A stretch of 64,000 nt of DNA. Origin: an uncultured Chloroflexia bacterium (GTDB lineage: Bacteria > Chloroflexota > Chloroflexia > Thermomicrobiales > UBA6265). The notes below the pieces were generated by a model, which saw only the letters and a list, made by a program, of their open reading frames with translations, was not told where the DNA came from and ran no database searches. Below, piece by piece: positions 10,209 to 19,851 of the stretch (its first letter is position 1; each line of letters opens with the position of its first letter). The stretch is taken from contig CAVRUC010000013.1 in NCBI GenBank assembly GCA_963724295.1, positions 384,001-448,000 of the forward strand, in the 5' to 3' direction. Position numbers and translations under genes: made by a program.

Positions 10209-11129
10209 ATGGCCGGACCGCAACCGCGGATTCGCGTGCTGGTCAACCCGAACTCCGGCGAGAAAGCCGGCATCCCAACCAACACCACCGCGGAGGAGGA
10301 GGTGCGGATCGCCGTGGAACACCACTTCCCGGGGCTTGGTGAGGACATCGTCATCACCGAGTCGGAGGAAGAGGCGATCGCCGCCACCCGCGACGCGGTA
10401 GCCGACGGGTACGACGTCGTCATTGCCGCCGGTGGAGACGGCACCGTCGGCACCGTCGCCTGCGAGCTGCTTGGCAAAGAGACGGCGCTCGGGATCCTGC
10501 CGCTCGGCAGCGTCATGAACGTGGCGCGCATGCTCGACATCCCTCGTGATCTCGAAGGCGCCGCCGCAATCATCGCCACCGGCAAAGTGCGCACGATCGA
10601 CGTCGGGGAAGCAAAGGGGCAGATTTTCTTCGAGGGCGGGTCAGTGGGGCTGAACGCCGCGGTCTTCCGCGAGGCGCAGCAGGCCGACAGCGACAGCGGG
10701 CGCTACCGGGCGCTTTGGGCGGCCCTGTGGGTGCTTCTGCGCTACCGGCCGCCGCGCATGGTGCTCCATCTCGACGACCGGGTGCTCACCACGCGCGCGC
10801 TGGCGGTCGCGGTGGCGAACGGCCCGTACTCTGGACTGGGGTTTACCGTCGCGCCGGACGCGGCAACCGATGATGGCAAGTTCGACGTGGTCGTCTTCTC
10901 CCGCTTCTCACGAACGGAGCTGATCCGGCACTTCGCCTCCATCGCCTTCGGGCGTCGCCGCTACTCCGCGAAGATCGCCACCTATCGCACGTCGCGGGTC
11001 CGCATCGAGGGCGTGCATCCGTTGCCCTGCCGCGCGGATGGACACGATCTGGGGTCCACACCGGTGGAGTACGTGGTGCGCCCGGGGGCCCTGCGCGTCA
11101 TCGCGCCGGCGGGCGATCACGGGGACTGA
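10209..11129 (+). CDS. Diacylglycerol/lipid kinase family protein (YegS/DagK-like)
   Basis: VNPNSG, GGDGT, PLGSVMN, DDGKFD. Start uncertain (10182 is an alternative). Confidence 0.88.
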   Translation: MAGPQPRIRVLVNPNSGEKAGIPTNTTAEEEVRIAVEHHFPGLGEDIVITESEEEAIAATRDAVADGYDVVIAAGGDGTVGTVACELLGKETALGILPLGSVMNVARMLDIPRDLEGAAAIIATGKVRTIDVGEAKGQIFFEGGSVGLNAAVFREAQQADSDSGRYRALWAALWVLLRYRPPRMVLHLDDRVLTTRALAVAVANGPYSGLGFTVAPDAATDDGKFDVVVFSRFSRTELIRHFASIAFGRRRYSAKIATYRTSRVRIEGVHPLPCRADGHDLGSTPVEYVVRPGALRVIAPAGDHGD

Positions 11130-11312
11130 ATGAGCCCGATGATGTTGCGGTCGCCCTCTTTCGCCGATGCGATCAGCTGCCGTCACCGACGTCGGACCGC
11201 CTGCTGCACCTCCGCGCCGGCGGCGAGGACAGCCGAGACGCTCGTTGCGTAGACGACCGCTCGACTCACGACGATTGGCTGTAGCGCGGTCGATGACGCG
11301 CCGACGTGTCGC

Positions 11313-11771
11313 TCAGGCCGCCCAGTCTCCCGCGACTTGCCTGGTCGCGGCGTTGAGGCGGTTCCAGACATTGATCAGCGCGATCTGGAAGATCAAGGCC
11401 GCACGCGCCGGCTCATCGTAGTGCCTCGCGACCTCGTCCCAGATCTCGTCGGGCACCGGGTCCGGCCGGTCGCAGAGCCGGGTGACGGCTTCGGTAAGCG
11501 ACAGCGCGGCGCGTTCGGCGTCGCTAAAGTAAGGAGCGTCCCGCCAGGCCGCCACGGCGAAGATGCGGGCGTCAGGCTCGCCTGCCTGCCTGAGCTCGCG
11601 AGCGTGCAGGTCGACGCAGACGCTGCAGCCATTGATCTGGCTCGCCCGCAGATGGACGAGTTTGCGCGTCACGTCGGGCACATCTTCGTTTGTCGTGGCT
11701 GAGTCCAGAGCGCGCAGGGCGCCCATGGCCTCAGGGAGGATCATCACCGGGTTCTTCATGCGTGCGTGCAT
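11313..11771 (-). CDS. Carboxymuconolactone decarboxylase/AhpD-like protein
   Basis: LRASQINGCSVCVDLH and INVWNR motifs. Confidence 0.9.
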   Translation of the reverse strand: MHARMKNPVMILPEAMGALRALDSATTNEDVPDVTRKLVHLRASQINGCSVCVDLHARELRQAGEPDARIFAVAAWRDAPYFSDAERAALSLTEAVTRLCDRPDPVPDEIWDEVARHYDEPARAALIFQIALINVWNRLNAATRQVAGDWAA

Positions 11772-11817
11772 CCTTGCTCTCCTTCAGGGAACCGAACGTG
11801 TCGTTCCGAACCCCGGA

Positions 11818-11844
11818 TGTCACATCGGCCGGGTTTCGTTCGTC
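11818..11844 (+). promoter_or_regulatory. ECF41-type promoter facing the sigma factor gene
   Basis: TGTCACA-N16-CGTC, matching the ECF41 consensus. Confidence 0.75.
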
Positions 11845-11852
11845 ACTGCTAT

Positions 11853-11879
11853 GACGAAACGCGGCGGAGGAATGTGACC
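11853..11879 (-). promoter_or_regulatory. ECF41-type promoter facing the CMD gene
   Basis: Minus strand reads GGTCACA-N16-CGTC. Confidence 0.7.
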
Positions 11880-11880
11880 G

Positions 11881-12853
11881 ATGGACGAACCCGACGGCCT
11901 GGCTGAGCAGTTCGAGGCCAACCGGTCCCACCTCAGGGCCGTCGCCTACCGGATGCTCGGCTCGCTGAGCGAGGCCGATGACGCCGTCCAGGAATCCTGG
12001 CTTCGCCTCAGCCGCTCCGGCGCAAGTGGAGTCGAGAATCTGGGGGGATGGCTGACGACGGTCGTCGCCCGGGTGTGCCTCGATATGTTGCGCTCGCGCA
12101 AGTCGCGGCACGAGGAGCCCCTGGAGGCGCGAATACCCGACCCGATTGCCAGTCGCGAGGCCGGGACTGATCCCGAGCACGAAGCGCTGCTGGCCGACTC
12201 GGTCGGTCTCGCCCTGCTGGTGGTCCTCGAAACGCTGGCTCCGGCCGAGCGGCTCGCGTTCGTGCTGCACGACGTGTTCGCCGTGCCCTTTGAAGAGATC
12301 GCTCCGATTGTTGAACGGACCCCGACGGCGACGCGACAGCTGGCCAGCCGCGCCCGCCGCCGGGTGCATGGAGTGGAGATGCGGGAGGGAGCGGTCGCAG
12401 GGTTCCGACACCGATCTCACCCGGCAGCGAGAAGTCGTCGACGCCTTTCTTGCTGCCGCGCGCGGAGGTGACTTCGACGCCCTTCTCGCGGTGCTCGACC
12501 CGGAGGTGGTGCTGCGCAGCGACCGCGGCGCCATCCCCTCGGGTGCATCGAGAGAAATCCGCGGCGCGGCGGCCGTGGCCCGCAGGGCGCGGGTGGGCGG
12601 CGCCCGGGCCGCACAACCAGCGCTCGTGAATGGATCCGTGGGAGTCATCGTTGCCCCCCGTGGACGGCTCCTGATGGTCCTCGTCTTCACGATCCGTGGC
12701 GGGAAGATCGTCGAGATCGATGCGGTCGCTCACCCCGAGCGCCTTCGCCAGCTTGATTTGGCGGTCCTCGACGACGAACCAGGAGACGTTTCCAGCCCGG
12801 GTCGGCTGCGGCGGATCGGCTCGCTCAGGGAAAGCCCCGGCGACGGGCGATAA
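11881..12853 (+). CDS. ECF sigma-70 factor with SnoaL-like C-terminal extension (ECF41/SigJ-like), frameshift near 12370-12410
   Basis: AYRMLGS..EADDAVQE, WLTTVVARVCLD, RQLASRARRRV; the second frame gives VVDAFLAAARGGDFDALL..LDPEVV. Confidence 0.85.
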
Positions 12854-12957
12854 TGGATGTTTCAGGTCGCCGGCGGATGCCGGCGATGAAGCGCGTCAAC
12901 CCGTGGTTGACACGGCACCGCCTGTTCATGGTGTCCGCGCAGGCGAAAGGAACACTC

Positions 12958-13587
12958 GTGGGACGGATTTACGACGTCATCGACAACGCAACCCGGCAGT
13001 GGCTGACCAGGCAACCGATGTTTTTCGTGGCCACCGCGCCGAACGATCCCGACGGTCACGTCAATCTCTCGCCCAAAGGCGCGGCCGGCGCCTTCCACGT
13101 GCTGGGGCCGACCACGGTTGCCTACGCCGATTTCGTGGGCAGCGGGGTGGAAACGGTCGCCCATCTGCGGGAGAACGGTCGCATCGTGCTCATGTTCTGC
13201 GCGTTTAGCGGACCACCGAAGATCGTCCGTCTGCATGGGCACGGACGAGTGGTGCCCGAGCACGACCCCGAGTTCGCGGCGCTCCTGCCGGAGTTCTCCC
13301 TGGATGACGACGCCCGGGTGCTGACGCGAGGGATCGTCGTCGTAGAGACGACACGCATCGCCGACTCCTGCGGATTCGTGGTGCCGCGGATGGATCTCGT
13401 CGCCGAGCGCGACCAGCTGATGCGCTGGGGCGAGCAGCAGCACGCGAAGAATGGAGAGACCTGGAAAGAGCGCTACGTCGCCACCAACAACGCCCGCAGT
13501 ATCGACAGCCTGCCGGGGTACGACCCGATGGAAGAGCTCGGCGCCGACGAGGCCAGGGCCATCTCGAGCCGCGGGCGAGCGCTGTAG
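12958..13587 (+). CDS. Pyridoxamine 5'-phosphate oxidase-related FMN-binding protein
   Basis: FFVATAP, NLSPKG, GSGVET..HL.ENGR, SCGF.VP; GTG start after AAAGGA. Confidence 0.85.
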   Translation: MGRIYDVIDNATRQWLTRQPMFFVATAPNDPDGHVNLSPKGAAGAFHVLGPTTVAYADFVGSGVETVAHLRENGRIVLMFCAFSGPPKIVRLHGHGRVVPEHDPEFAALLPEFSLDDDARVLTRGIVVVETTRIADSCGFVVPRMDLVAERDQLMRWGEQQHAKNGETWKERYVATNNARSIDSLPGYDPMEELGADEARAISSRGRAL

Positions 13588-13599
13588 CTTGACGAATAG

Positions 13600-13760
13600 C
13601 CCTCATCCCCGGCACTTCTCCTAAAACCCCTCATCCCCGACCCTTCTCCCGCTCCGAGGGGAGAAGGGAGCACGACCTGTGCGGAGGTCAAGTGCCCCTC
13701 TCCCAGCGCACTGGGAGAGGGGATGGGGTGAGGGTTTTAGAGGGGTTTGGGGTGAGGGAG
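13600..13760. repeat. REP-like CCCTCTCCC/GGGAGAGGG palindromic repeat cluster
   Basis: CCCTTCTCCC..GGGAGAAGGG and CCCCTCTCCCAG..CTGGGAGAGGGG; related copies near 37287-37326 and 47885-47912. Confidence 0.75.
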
Positions 13761-13807
13761 TCTTGAGCGGGGTTGGACTGAGGGCCGTTCAGGGCCAAGG
13801 GCAAGAA

Positions 13808-14461
13808 TCAGGAGCTGTCTCTTACGCCCACAGCTTCCGGCTCGCCGGTCGCCGTCGCCGCCGGCTCTGACTCCAGGACCTCGTCGATGAGTCCGTACTC
13901 TTTCGCTTCTAGTGCGCTCATGTAGTAGTCGCGGTCGCTGTCCCGCTTGACCTTCTCGTACGGCTGCCCCGAGTGCGCCGCCAGGATGGCGATGCACTTG
14001 GCGGACAGCGTGAGCGCCTCGCGAGCGGCGACCTCGATGTCAGGCACCGCGCCGCTGAACCCACCGGAGCCTTGATGGATCAGGACGCGAGCGTTGGGCA
14101 GGGCAAAGCGCTTCCCTTTCGTCCCTCCGGCCAGCAGCACCGCGCCCATGCTGGCGCCGAAACCCATGCAAAACGTGGCGATGTCCGGCTTGATCATCTG
14201 CATCGTGTCGTAGATGGCGAGACCCGAATAGATAACACCGCCAGGTGAGTTGATGTAGAGCTTGATGTCCTGATCCGGATCCTCATGCGCCAGAAACAGC
14301 ATCTGAGCGATGATCACGTTGGCTACGTCATCATTGACCGGGGTGCCAAGAAAGATGATGCGGTCCTTCAGCAGCCGCGAGTAGATGTCGAAGGCTCGCT
14401 CACCGCGATTTGTGCTTTCGATGACGGTGGGGATGAGATTCTCGACGGTCGGGATGCGCAT
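13808..14461 (-). CDS. clpP: ATP-dependent Clp protease proteolytic subunit
   Basis: [39 protein letters not shown]. Confidence 0.95.
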   Translation of the reverse strand: MRIPTVENLIPTVIESTNRGERAFDIYSRLLKDRIIFLGTPVNDDVANVIIAQMLFLAHEDPDQDIKLYINSPGGVIYSGLAIYDTMQMIKPDIATFCMGFGASMGAVLLAGGTKGKRFALPNARVLIHQGSGGFSGAVPDIEVAAREALTLSAKCIAILAAHSGQPYEKVKRDSDRDYYMSALEAKEYGLIDEVLESEPAATATGEPEAVGVRDSS

Positions 14462-14611
14462 GGATGCGATAACTCCACTCCAGGAAAGATCGGGCACGAA
14501 CCGCAGGGTGTCGCCGCTGACATACGGGGAAGGGAGTCTAGCAGACCGCCCCACTCAGACCGGCATGGACTCCGCGACCCAACCAGGATCGGGAGCACTA
14601 GGGAGGAAGTC

Positions 14612-15037
14612 ATGGACCCGTGGATCAGTCTGATGACGCTCGGCGTGCGTGACATCGAGCGCTCGCGCCGCTTCTACCGGGACGGACTGGGCTGGCCGAT
14701 GTCAGCGGCGAGCTCGGACGACGTGGCCTTCTTCCGCACCGGAGGCGTGGTGCTGGCCCTCTACAAACGGGATTTGCTCGCCGCCGACGCTAATCTTTCG
14801 TCGGAAGGATCCGGCTTCTCCGGGATCGGCCTGGCGCACAACGTCGCCACGCGGGAGCTGGTCGATGCCGCGCTGGAAGCGGCAGTCGCTGCCGGAGGGA
14901 CGTTGCTCAAACCCGGAACCGCGGTGGAGTGGGGTGGCTACACCGGGTACTTCGCCGACCCCGACGGGTTTCTGTGGGAGATCGCCTGGAACCCGGATTT
15001 CCCGTTGCGAGAGGATGGCTCAATCGACCTGCCATAG
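14612..15037 (+). CDS. VOC/glyoxalase family protein
   Basis: TLGVRD..RS..FY..LGW, WGGYTGYFADPDG..WE; RBS GGAGG. Confidence 0.9.
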   Translation: MDPWISLMTLGVRDIERSRRFYRDGLGWPMSAASSDDVAFFRTGGVVLALYKRDLLAADANLSSEGSGFSGIGLAHNVATRELVDAALEAAVAAGGTLLKPGTAVEWGGYTGYFADPDGFLWEIAWNPDFPLREDGSIDLP

Positions 15038-15359
15038 CCCGTTTCAGCCAGTAGCCTGGACCAACGCCGGCCCCGTCCCCACAAATTACTTACCGACTCA
15101 CCGACTGGCCGACTTCGTAAGAACCCTGCACAACCGAAGGGCGAGAGTCTCTCATCCCGCCCTTCGTCGCAATCGTGCCTTTCCTTTGTCAGAGGAGAAG
15201 GTCACACCCTCTGATTGGAGGGCTCACATCCGTTTTGCGAAGTATTGAGCCTGAGTGCGACGGGTGGGCCTCCTTTCGCTACGATCGGAAAAGAGGGAAG
15301 GGGTACCCCACCAGGATTCTACGCCTCGAGGCAAAGGTTGTCTAGGGGTCCGCGAAACG

Positions 15360-15647
15360 TCAGCGGCTGAAGTGGATGAAGGCCTCGCCCTCGGTGATTT
15401 CCGGCGCTTCCATCGCTGGACCAGAGAGATTTTGCCTCACCCACTCGGCCGCGCGGCGGCTCGACTCCTGGGTCCCGGCCTGGTCGTCGCAGACCGTGAC
15501 CGTGGCGAGCTGGTCGCCGGCGCGGATGGCGTAGTAGGCCACGAATCCGGGGACATCGCGCAGGAGCTGCTCGACATCCTGAGACCGCTGGGCCAGGAGA
15601 TCGTTGAGGGCGGACGCTCCTCTATACCGGCGGACTACCGCGTGCAT
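15360..15647 (-). CDS. Small ABM-like (dimeric alpha/beta barrel) protein
   Basis: VVRRY..PGFVAYY..TVTV..WVRQNL; RBS GGAGG; similar to the N-terminal domain of 52822-54561. Confidence 0.75.
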   Translation of the reverse strand: MHAVVRRYRGASALNDLLAQRSQDVEQLLRDVPGFVAYYAIRAGDQLATVTVCDDQAGTQESSRRAAEWVRQNLSGPAMEAPEITEGEAFIHFSR

Positions 15648-15885
15648 GACCCATCACCTCCTTGGGGCAATTGACCCCCGGTCGTCGCTTGCCTGGCGGG
15701 CGATTCCTGAGGAGAAGCGCATCCAGGCCGGACAGGCCCCAGCCGGGCTCGCCAGTCGCATCCCCCGCCGTGACGATCCGGGAGACCGCGGCGAAGCTCA
15801 TCGTTGCTGAGGTGTGCTCAGTCTATGCCGGACACTGCCGGAGTCAAGTCGCAACGACTGCGCTGCGGCTCTCGCCCATAGCGGC

Positions 15886-17271
15886 TCACCGGTTGAAGAC
15901 GCGTGCCGCCAGGGATGGCTTCTCCGGGTAGACCCCGGTGCGCTCGACCTGCTCGATCTCCTTGTACCGGGAGCGGCGCACCAGGTTGACCCCGATCGAG
16001 CGCAAAGGCTCCGGCTCCCATGGCACCGGTTGGTGCGAGGCCATCGGCAGGCGGGTCAGGTCGGAGTCGGTTCCCGTCAGCAGGTCGGTCAGCACGCGGC
16101 CGCTCAGGTTCGCGGTGGCCACACCCTCGCCGCTGTAGCCAAACGCCAGCGCGACACCGGTGCGCGGGTTGAACCCCATCGTCGGCATGCGGTCGCGCGG
16201 AACGCCGAGCACGCCTCCCCAGGCATGGGTGAAGTCCACCTGCTGCAGCATCGGGAACCAGACCCGTGCCGCCTGCCGGGCGTGGCTGAAGACGTCCTCC
16301 ATGCGGTCGAGGTCATCGCTGATGTGGGAGCCGAAGGGATAGCGGGCGCGGTAGGCCCCGAAGGCAATGCGCCCGTCGGCGGTGTGGTTGAGGTAGCCGG
16401 CGGTCGAGCCGAACCCGACTGCCACGTCCCGGTGCTGCCAACCGATCTGCTCCCAGAGCTCCGCCGGCAGCGGCTCGGTGATCACGATGTGCGAGGTCAT
16501 CGGGATGACGTGGCGGCGCAGCTTCGGCAGCCGGGACAGGTAGGCCTCGCCGGCGAGGACGATGGCCCGCCGCGCCCGCACCTCGCCGCGGTCGGTCATC
16601 AGCCGCGGCGGCGAGCCACCGGCGTAGTCGGTGACCGTCGTCTGCTCGACGATGCGCCCGCCGTGGCGCTCGACCGCGCGGGCCAGCCCGCGGGCCAGAC
16701 GTGCCGGCTGAATCGCGGCGCCCTCCCGCATCCAGAAGGCACCGACCGCGTTCGCGACCCGCATCCGCTCCGCGGTCTGCTCGGCATCGAGGAGCGCAAC
16801 ATGCTTCTCGAGTCCAATCGAGCGGTACTCCTCCCACATCTCTTCGATCTTGGGCAGGTCATAGTCGGCGCGAGCGATGACCAGTGCGCCACCGTGTGCG
16901 TAATGGGCGTCGATCCCTTCAGCCTGGCAGACCTGGCCGATGTCGTTGACCGAGTCGATCATCGCCAGCGCGACCGCCCGCGAGGCCTCCCGGCCGTACC
17001 GTTTGGTCATCACCGCCGGGCTGACCGGAAAGTCGGCCGCGCACCAGCCGCCGTTGCGCCCCGACGCGCCGAAGCCGGCGATCTCCCGCTCCACCACCAG
17101 CACGCTCAACGAGGGATCCCGCCGCAGCAGGCAATAGGCTGTCCAGAGCCCGGTGAACCCCGCGCCGAGAATGGCGACGTCGACCTCGGTCGAGCCATCC
17201 AGCGCCGGCCGTGGCGTGAGATCGTCGCCGGAGTTCTCGAGCCAGAAACTGTACGAGCCGTAATCCTTCAC
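15886..17271 (-). CDS. FAD-dependent oxidoreductase, DAO/PuuB-OrdL family
   Basis: GAGFTGLW, GASGRNGG, WGG..G, GYSGEGV, WEPEP. Confidence 0.9.
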   Translation of the reverse strand: MKDYGSYSFWLENSGDDLTPRPALDGSTEVDVAILGAGFTGLWTAYCLLRRDPSLSVLVVEREIAGFGASGRNGGWCAADFPVSPAVMTKRYGREASRAVALAMIDSVNDIGQVCQAEGIDAHYAHGGALVIARADYDLPKIEEMWEEYRSIGLEKHVALLDAEQTAERMRVANAVGAFWMREGAAIQPARLARGLARAVERHGGRIVEQTTVTDYAGGSPPRLMTDRGEVRARRAIVLAGEAYLSRLPKLRRHVIPMTSHIVITEPLPAELWEQIGWQHRDVAVGFGSTAGYLNHTADGRIAFGAYRARYPFGSHISDDLDRMEDVFSHARQAARVWFPMLQQVDFTHAWGGVLGVPRDRMPTMGFNPRTGVALAFGYSGEGVATANLSGRVLTDLLTGTDSDLTRLPMASHQPVPWEPEPLRSIGVNLVRRSRYKEIEQVERTGVYPEKPSLAARVFNR

Positions 17272-17422
17272 ATGCGTGTCCTCATCCCAGAGTCGCCCTC
17301 ACCCCCATCGCCGCTCAGAGAGTACCCGGCCGAGCGCAAAAGGAGACAAGCTCACCTCGACCTCTGCCTTCGCCCCTAAGCCCAAGCTGGCCTCCACCGT
17401 CGCTCGCGCGAAGGGGCGCGCT

Positions 17423-17947
17423 CTATGGGCGTCGAGCGCCCGACGAAAGCTCCCTGCCAAGGTTCCCCCCGGACGCGTCGCTGCCGCGCCAGAGCCACCA
17501 GCCGGCGGCGATCATCGCCGCACCCCAGAGCAGGAACGCGAGATCCCACCAGAGCCATTGCTCTCGGGGGGCGGTCTCGTTGACATGGTGAATCCCGAGA
17601 AGTAGATGGTCGACGACCCCCTCCACGACATTGAAGAGACCCCAGCCGAGAAGCGCTAACCCGATGAGCTGGCGGGCAGTCCCTCGCTCCCCGGCGCGGA
17701 GCGCGCGCCAGAGCAGGGCCACTCCCAGAACAGTGAAGATGTAGGTCACCGCGTGGAAGAGCCCGTCCGCGAGCGTGTTGGTTCGCAACCCGGGCACCGT
17801 CTCTGGTGAGAAGAATTCGACATTGCTCACCATGTGATGCCACTGCAGCAGTTGGTGCAGCACGATGCCGTCGAAGAATCCGCCCAGGCCGAGTCCGAGG
17901 AGCACGCCGGCGTTGCGCAGTTGGGTCTGTTCGCCGGGTCGAGCCAT
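17423..17947 (-). CDS. DUF2243-like membrane protein
   Basis: GLGGFFDGIVLHQLLQWHHM, DGLFH, EG..DH.LLGIHHV. Confidence 0.85.
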   Translation of the reverse strand: MARPGEQTQLRNAGVLLGLGLGGFFDGIVLHQLLQWHHMVSNVEFFSPETVPGLRTNTLADGLFHAVTYIFTVLGVALLWRALRAGERGTARQLIGLALLGWGLFNVVEGVVDHLLLGIHHVNETAPREQWLWWDLAFLLWGAAMIAAGWWLWRGSDASGGNLGRELSSGARRP

Positions 17948-18136
17948 CCTGCCTCCCGAAACACGTGCCAACGTCGTCTTTCGGTTGTCCTTGCAGCCGC
18001 TTGCACGGCTCGTGCCCGCGACGGCACGGCCGGCCATGACGTCCGAATGTCAGCGCGGAAACTCTCCGGCCAGATTCCAGCGCAAGCGTCCGGCGGCGTC
18101 GCCTGGCATGCTTCGAAGGTTGCTCGCCTCACCCTA

Positions 18137-18164
18137 TTGACATCCAGACACAATCGGATAGAGT
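18137..18164 (+). promoter_or_regulatory. Sigma70-like promoter
   Basis: TTGACA (18137-18142), 16-nt spacer, TAGAGT (18159-18164). Confidence 0.65.
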
Positions 18165-18169
18165 GTACG

Positions 18170-18520
18170 TACTAGAGCACCGGGGACCGCGCAAGCGGAC
18201 AGGCGACCGGAGCAATCCGGAAGTCAGGCAGAAGTCGAGCTCGCCGGCAACGGTTGATCGACGACTCCCGGGGACCGATCCCGCATGATGGTGGCAACAC
18301 CGCACATCGGGGACGGTCAGTGGTCGGCGGCAGCAATGTCGCGGACCGGGCCATCGACAACCGGCACATGAACACCGGGTGTCGAGCGCTCGATCGGAGA
18401 GCGGCCGAGCAATCGGTGCGGCATTCCGGTCACCGGGATCCGACGGATTTATCCGCCGGAAGCCAATGGAGCTTTAGGACCAGACGCCGACGGCTGCGCA
18501 AGCGGCTGTCGGCGTTTCGG
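18170..18520 (+). ncRNA. Candidate structured non-coding RNA with seven GCAA-tetraloop hairpins
   Basis: GCAA loops closed by stems at 18191, 18212, 18247, 18294, 18333, 18409 and 18498; upstream promoter; long terminal hairpin; no credible ORF. Confidence 0.65.
18483..18518 (+). terminator. Long terminal hairpin, possible intrinsic terminator
   Basis: GACGCCGACGGCTGC-GCAA-GCGGCTGTCGGCGTT, then TC (weak U-tract). Confidence 0.5.
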
Positions 18521-19141
18521 TGTCCGGCGCGCCAACGGAGAACGGCGTTGCGCTCGAATGCGACGCGCGCTTCCGGCTTACCGACCACATTCACCGCCTC
18601 CTGACGGAGATGCCCTGACGGCAGCCCGGGAGTGAGCTGACCACCCAGGATCAGCCACGACTCCGCCGCTTGCCTGCCGGTCCGTCCCTGTCCCTGTTGG
18701 GCAAGAGGCTGTATCGCATTGCGATCGATGCAGCCAAAATCCCGGTCGCCTGGGTCCACCAGACCGGCTTTATGAATTCCTCAGGTTTGCAGAACGCCGG
18801 CACCCGTGCAGAGACAAACCGTCACTTCCTCTCTGGATCCCGCGCGGTCGGTCTCAGCGTGGCCAACCTGAGATTGACTGCCGGCCAATTCGGCGATGAT
18901 CCTCCAGTCGCTTCTGTGTCAATGTAGGCATAGTGTACGTTCACCCGTTGTCAGTGAAGTCAAACTCCCCCGAAGGTCCTCTTCGTCACGTGCCAATCCG
19001 GCACACCGTTTACTTCCTCTACCGCGACCCCGTACTATGCAGTTGCAGAGCGGTGGCCAGGCGCTGACTCCGTCGCGACGATCGTTCCGGCGCCATACCG
19101 CCCTGATTGCCGAGCGATGCAACGCCGCTGGAGGCACGTCA

Positions 19142-19444
19142 GTGGAGATTGAACGGTTTGCCCCAGAGCGTGGGCAGCTGCCAGCCTCACGAATGCCGGT
19201 GAGCCTGCCCCCGGGGCGGCTCTACATGACCGGTGATTTGCGCGCGCTGACCGGACTGCCGCGCACCCACATGGATTTCTATCTGCGCGAGGGGATCATC
19301 CAGCCGACGACGCGGACGGGGAGCGGCTACTTGCTCTTCGATCACGCCGAGCTGGAGACCCTACGTGCGGTCTTGCGCTGGCGTGAAGAGGGGGTCGGGA
19401 TCCGCGAGATCCGGGACCGCCTCGGCCGTCCGGCGAGCCACTGA
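19142..19444 (+). CDS. Small MerR-family HTH protein without effector domain
   Basis: YMTGDLRALTGL...FYLREGIIQP..RTGSGYLLF...G.GIREIR; GGAGG 7 nt before GTG. Confidence 0.8.
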   Translation: MEIERFAPERGQLPASRMPVSLPPGRLYMTGDLRALTGLPRTHMDFYLREGIIQPTTRTGSGYLLFDHAELETLRAVLRWREEGVGIREIRDRLGRPASH

Positions 19445-19851
19445 GCGGATGCGCGGGTATCGACGCCGCGGGGAATTCCAGCTGCGTCGGAGGAGAGGGA
19501 CTATCGCCACACTGACCGGTGGGCCGGTACGGAAATCGCAGATTCGGTGGCAACAGGCGTCGGAGACTATTTCACTTCCGACCCTCCGACCTCCGACCTC
19601 CGACTCCCGACTCCCATGGCACGACAAAGGCCGGCGCGCCAACGCCAGCCTTTCTCCCCACCCATCGGTTGTAGCTACCGTGGAACCCGTTTCCGGGTTC
19701 ACCACCTGACGCGCTTCCCGGGTACCGAACGGACCGTCGCCAAACCGCCTGTTCGAACCCACCGAGCGCCAGATTCGCCGCCAATGTCCCCGCCAAGGGA
19801 GGGTTGCTTGCACCCAGGCGACGTGCCGATTCTAAGCATGCCCCAGCAGGC

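Noticed and set aside
15040..15350. IS remnant or riboswitch in a lower-GC intergenic stretch
   Set aside because: No terminal inverted repeats, transposase fragment or recognisable aptamer consensus.
18170..18520. CRISPR array or known housekeeping RNA (RNase P, tmRNA, SRP)
   Set aside because: No identical direct repeats with spacers, and I could not find the signature sequences (GAGGAAAGTCC, tRNA-like ends, SRP loop).
18254..18604. 116-aa ORF over the hairpin array
   Set aside because: TTG start, no RBS, Arg-rich composition without motifs; RNA structure explains the region better.
18520..19850. Replication origin with DnaA boxes or iterons
   Set aside because: No TTATCCACA cluster, AT-rich unwinding element or long iterons seen; the CTCCGAC array also occurs elsewhere in the window.
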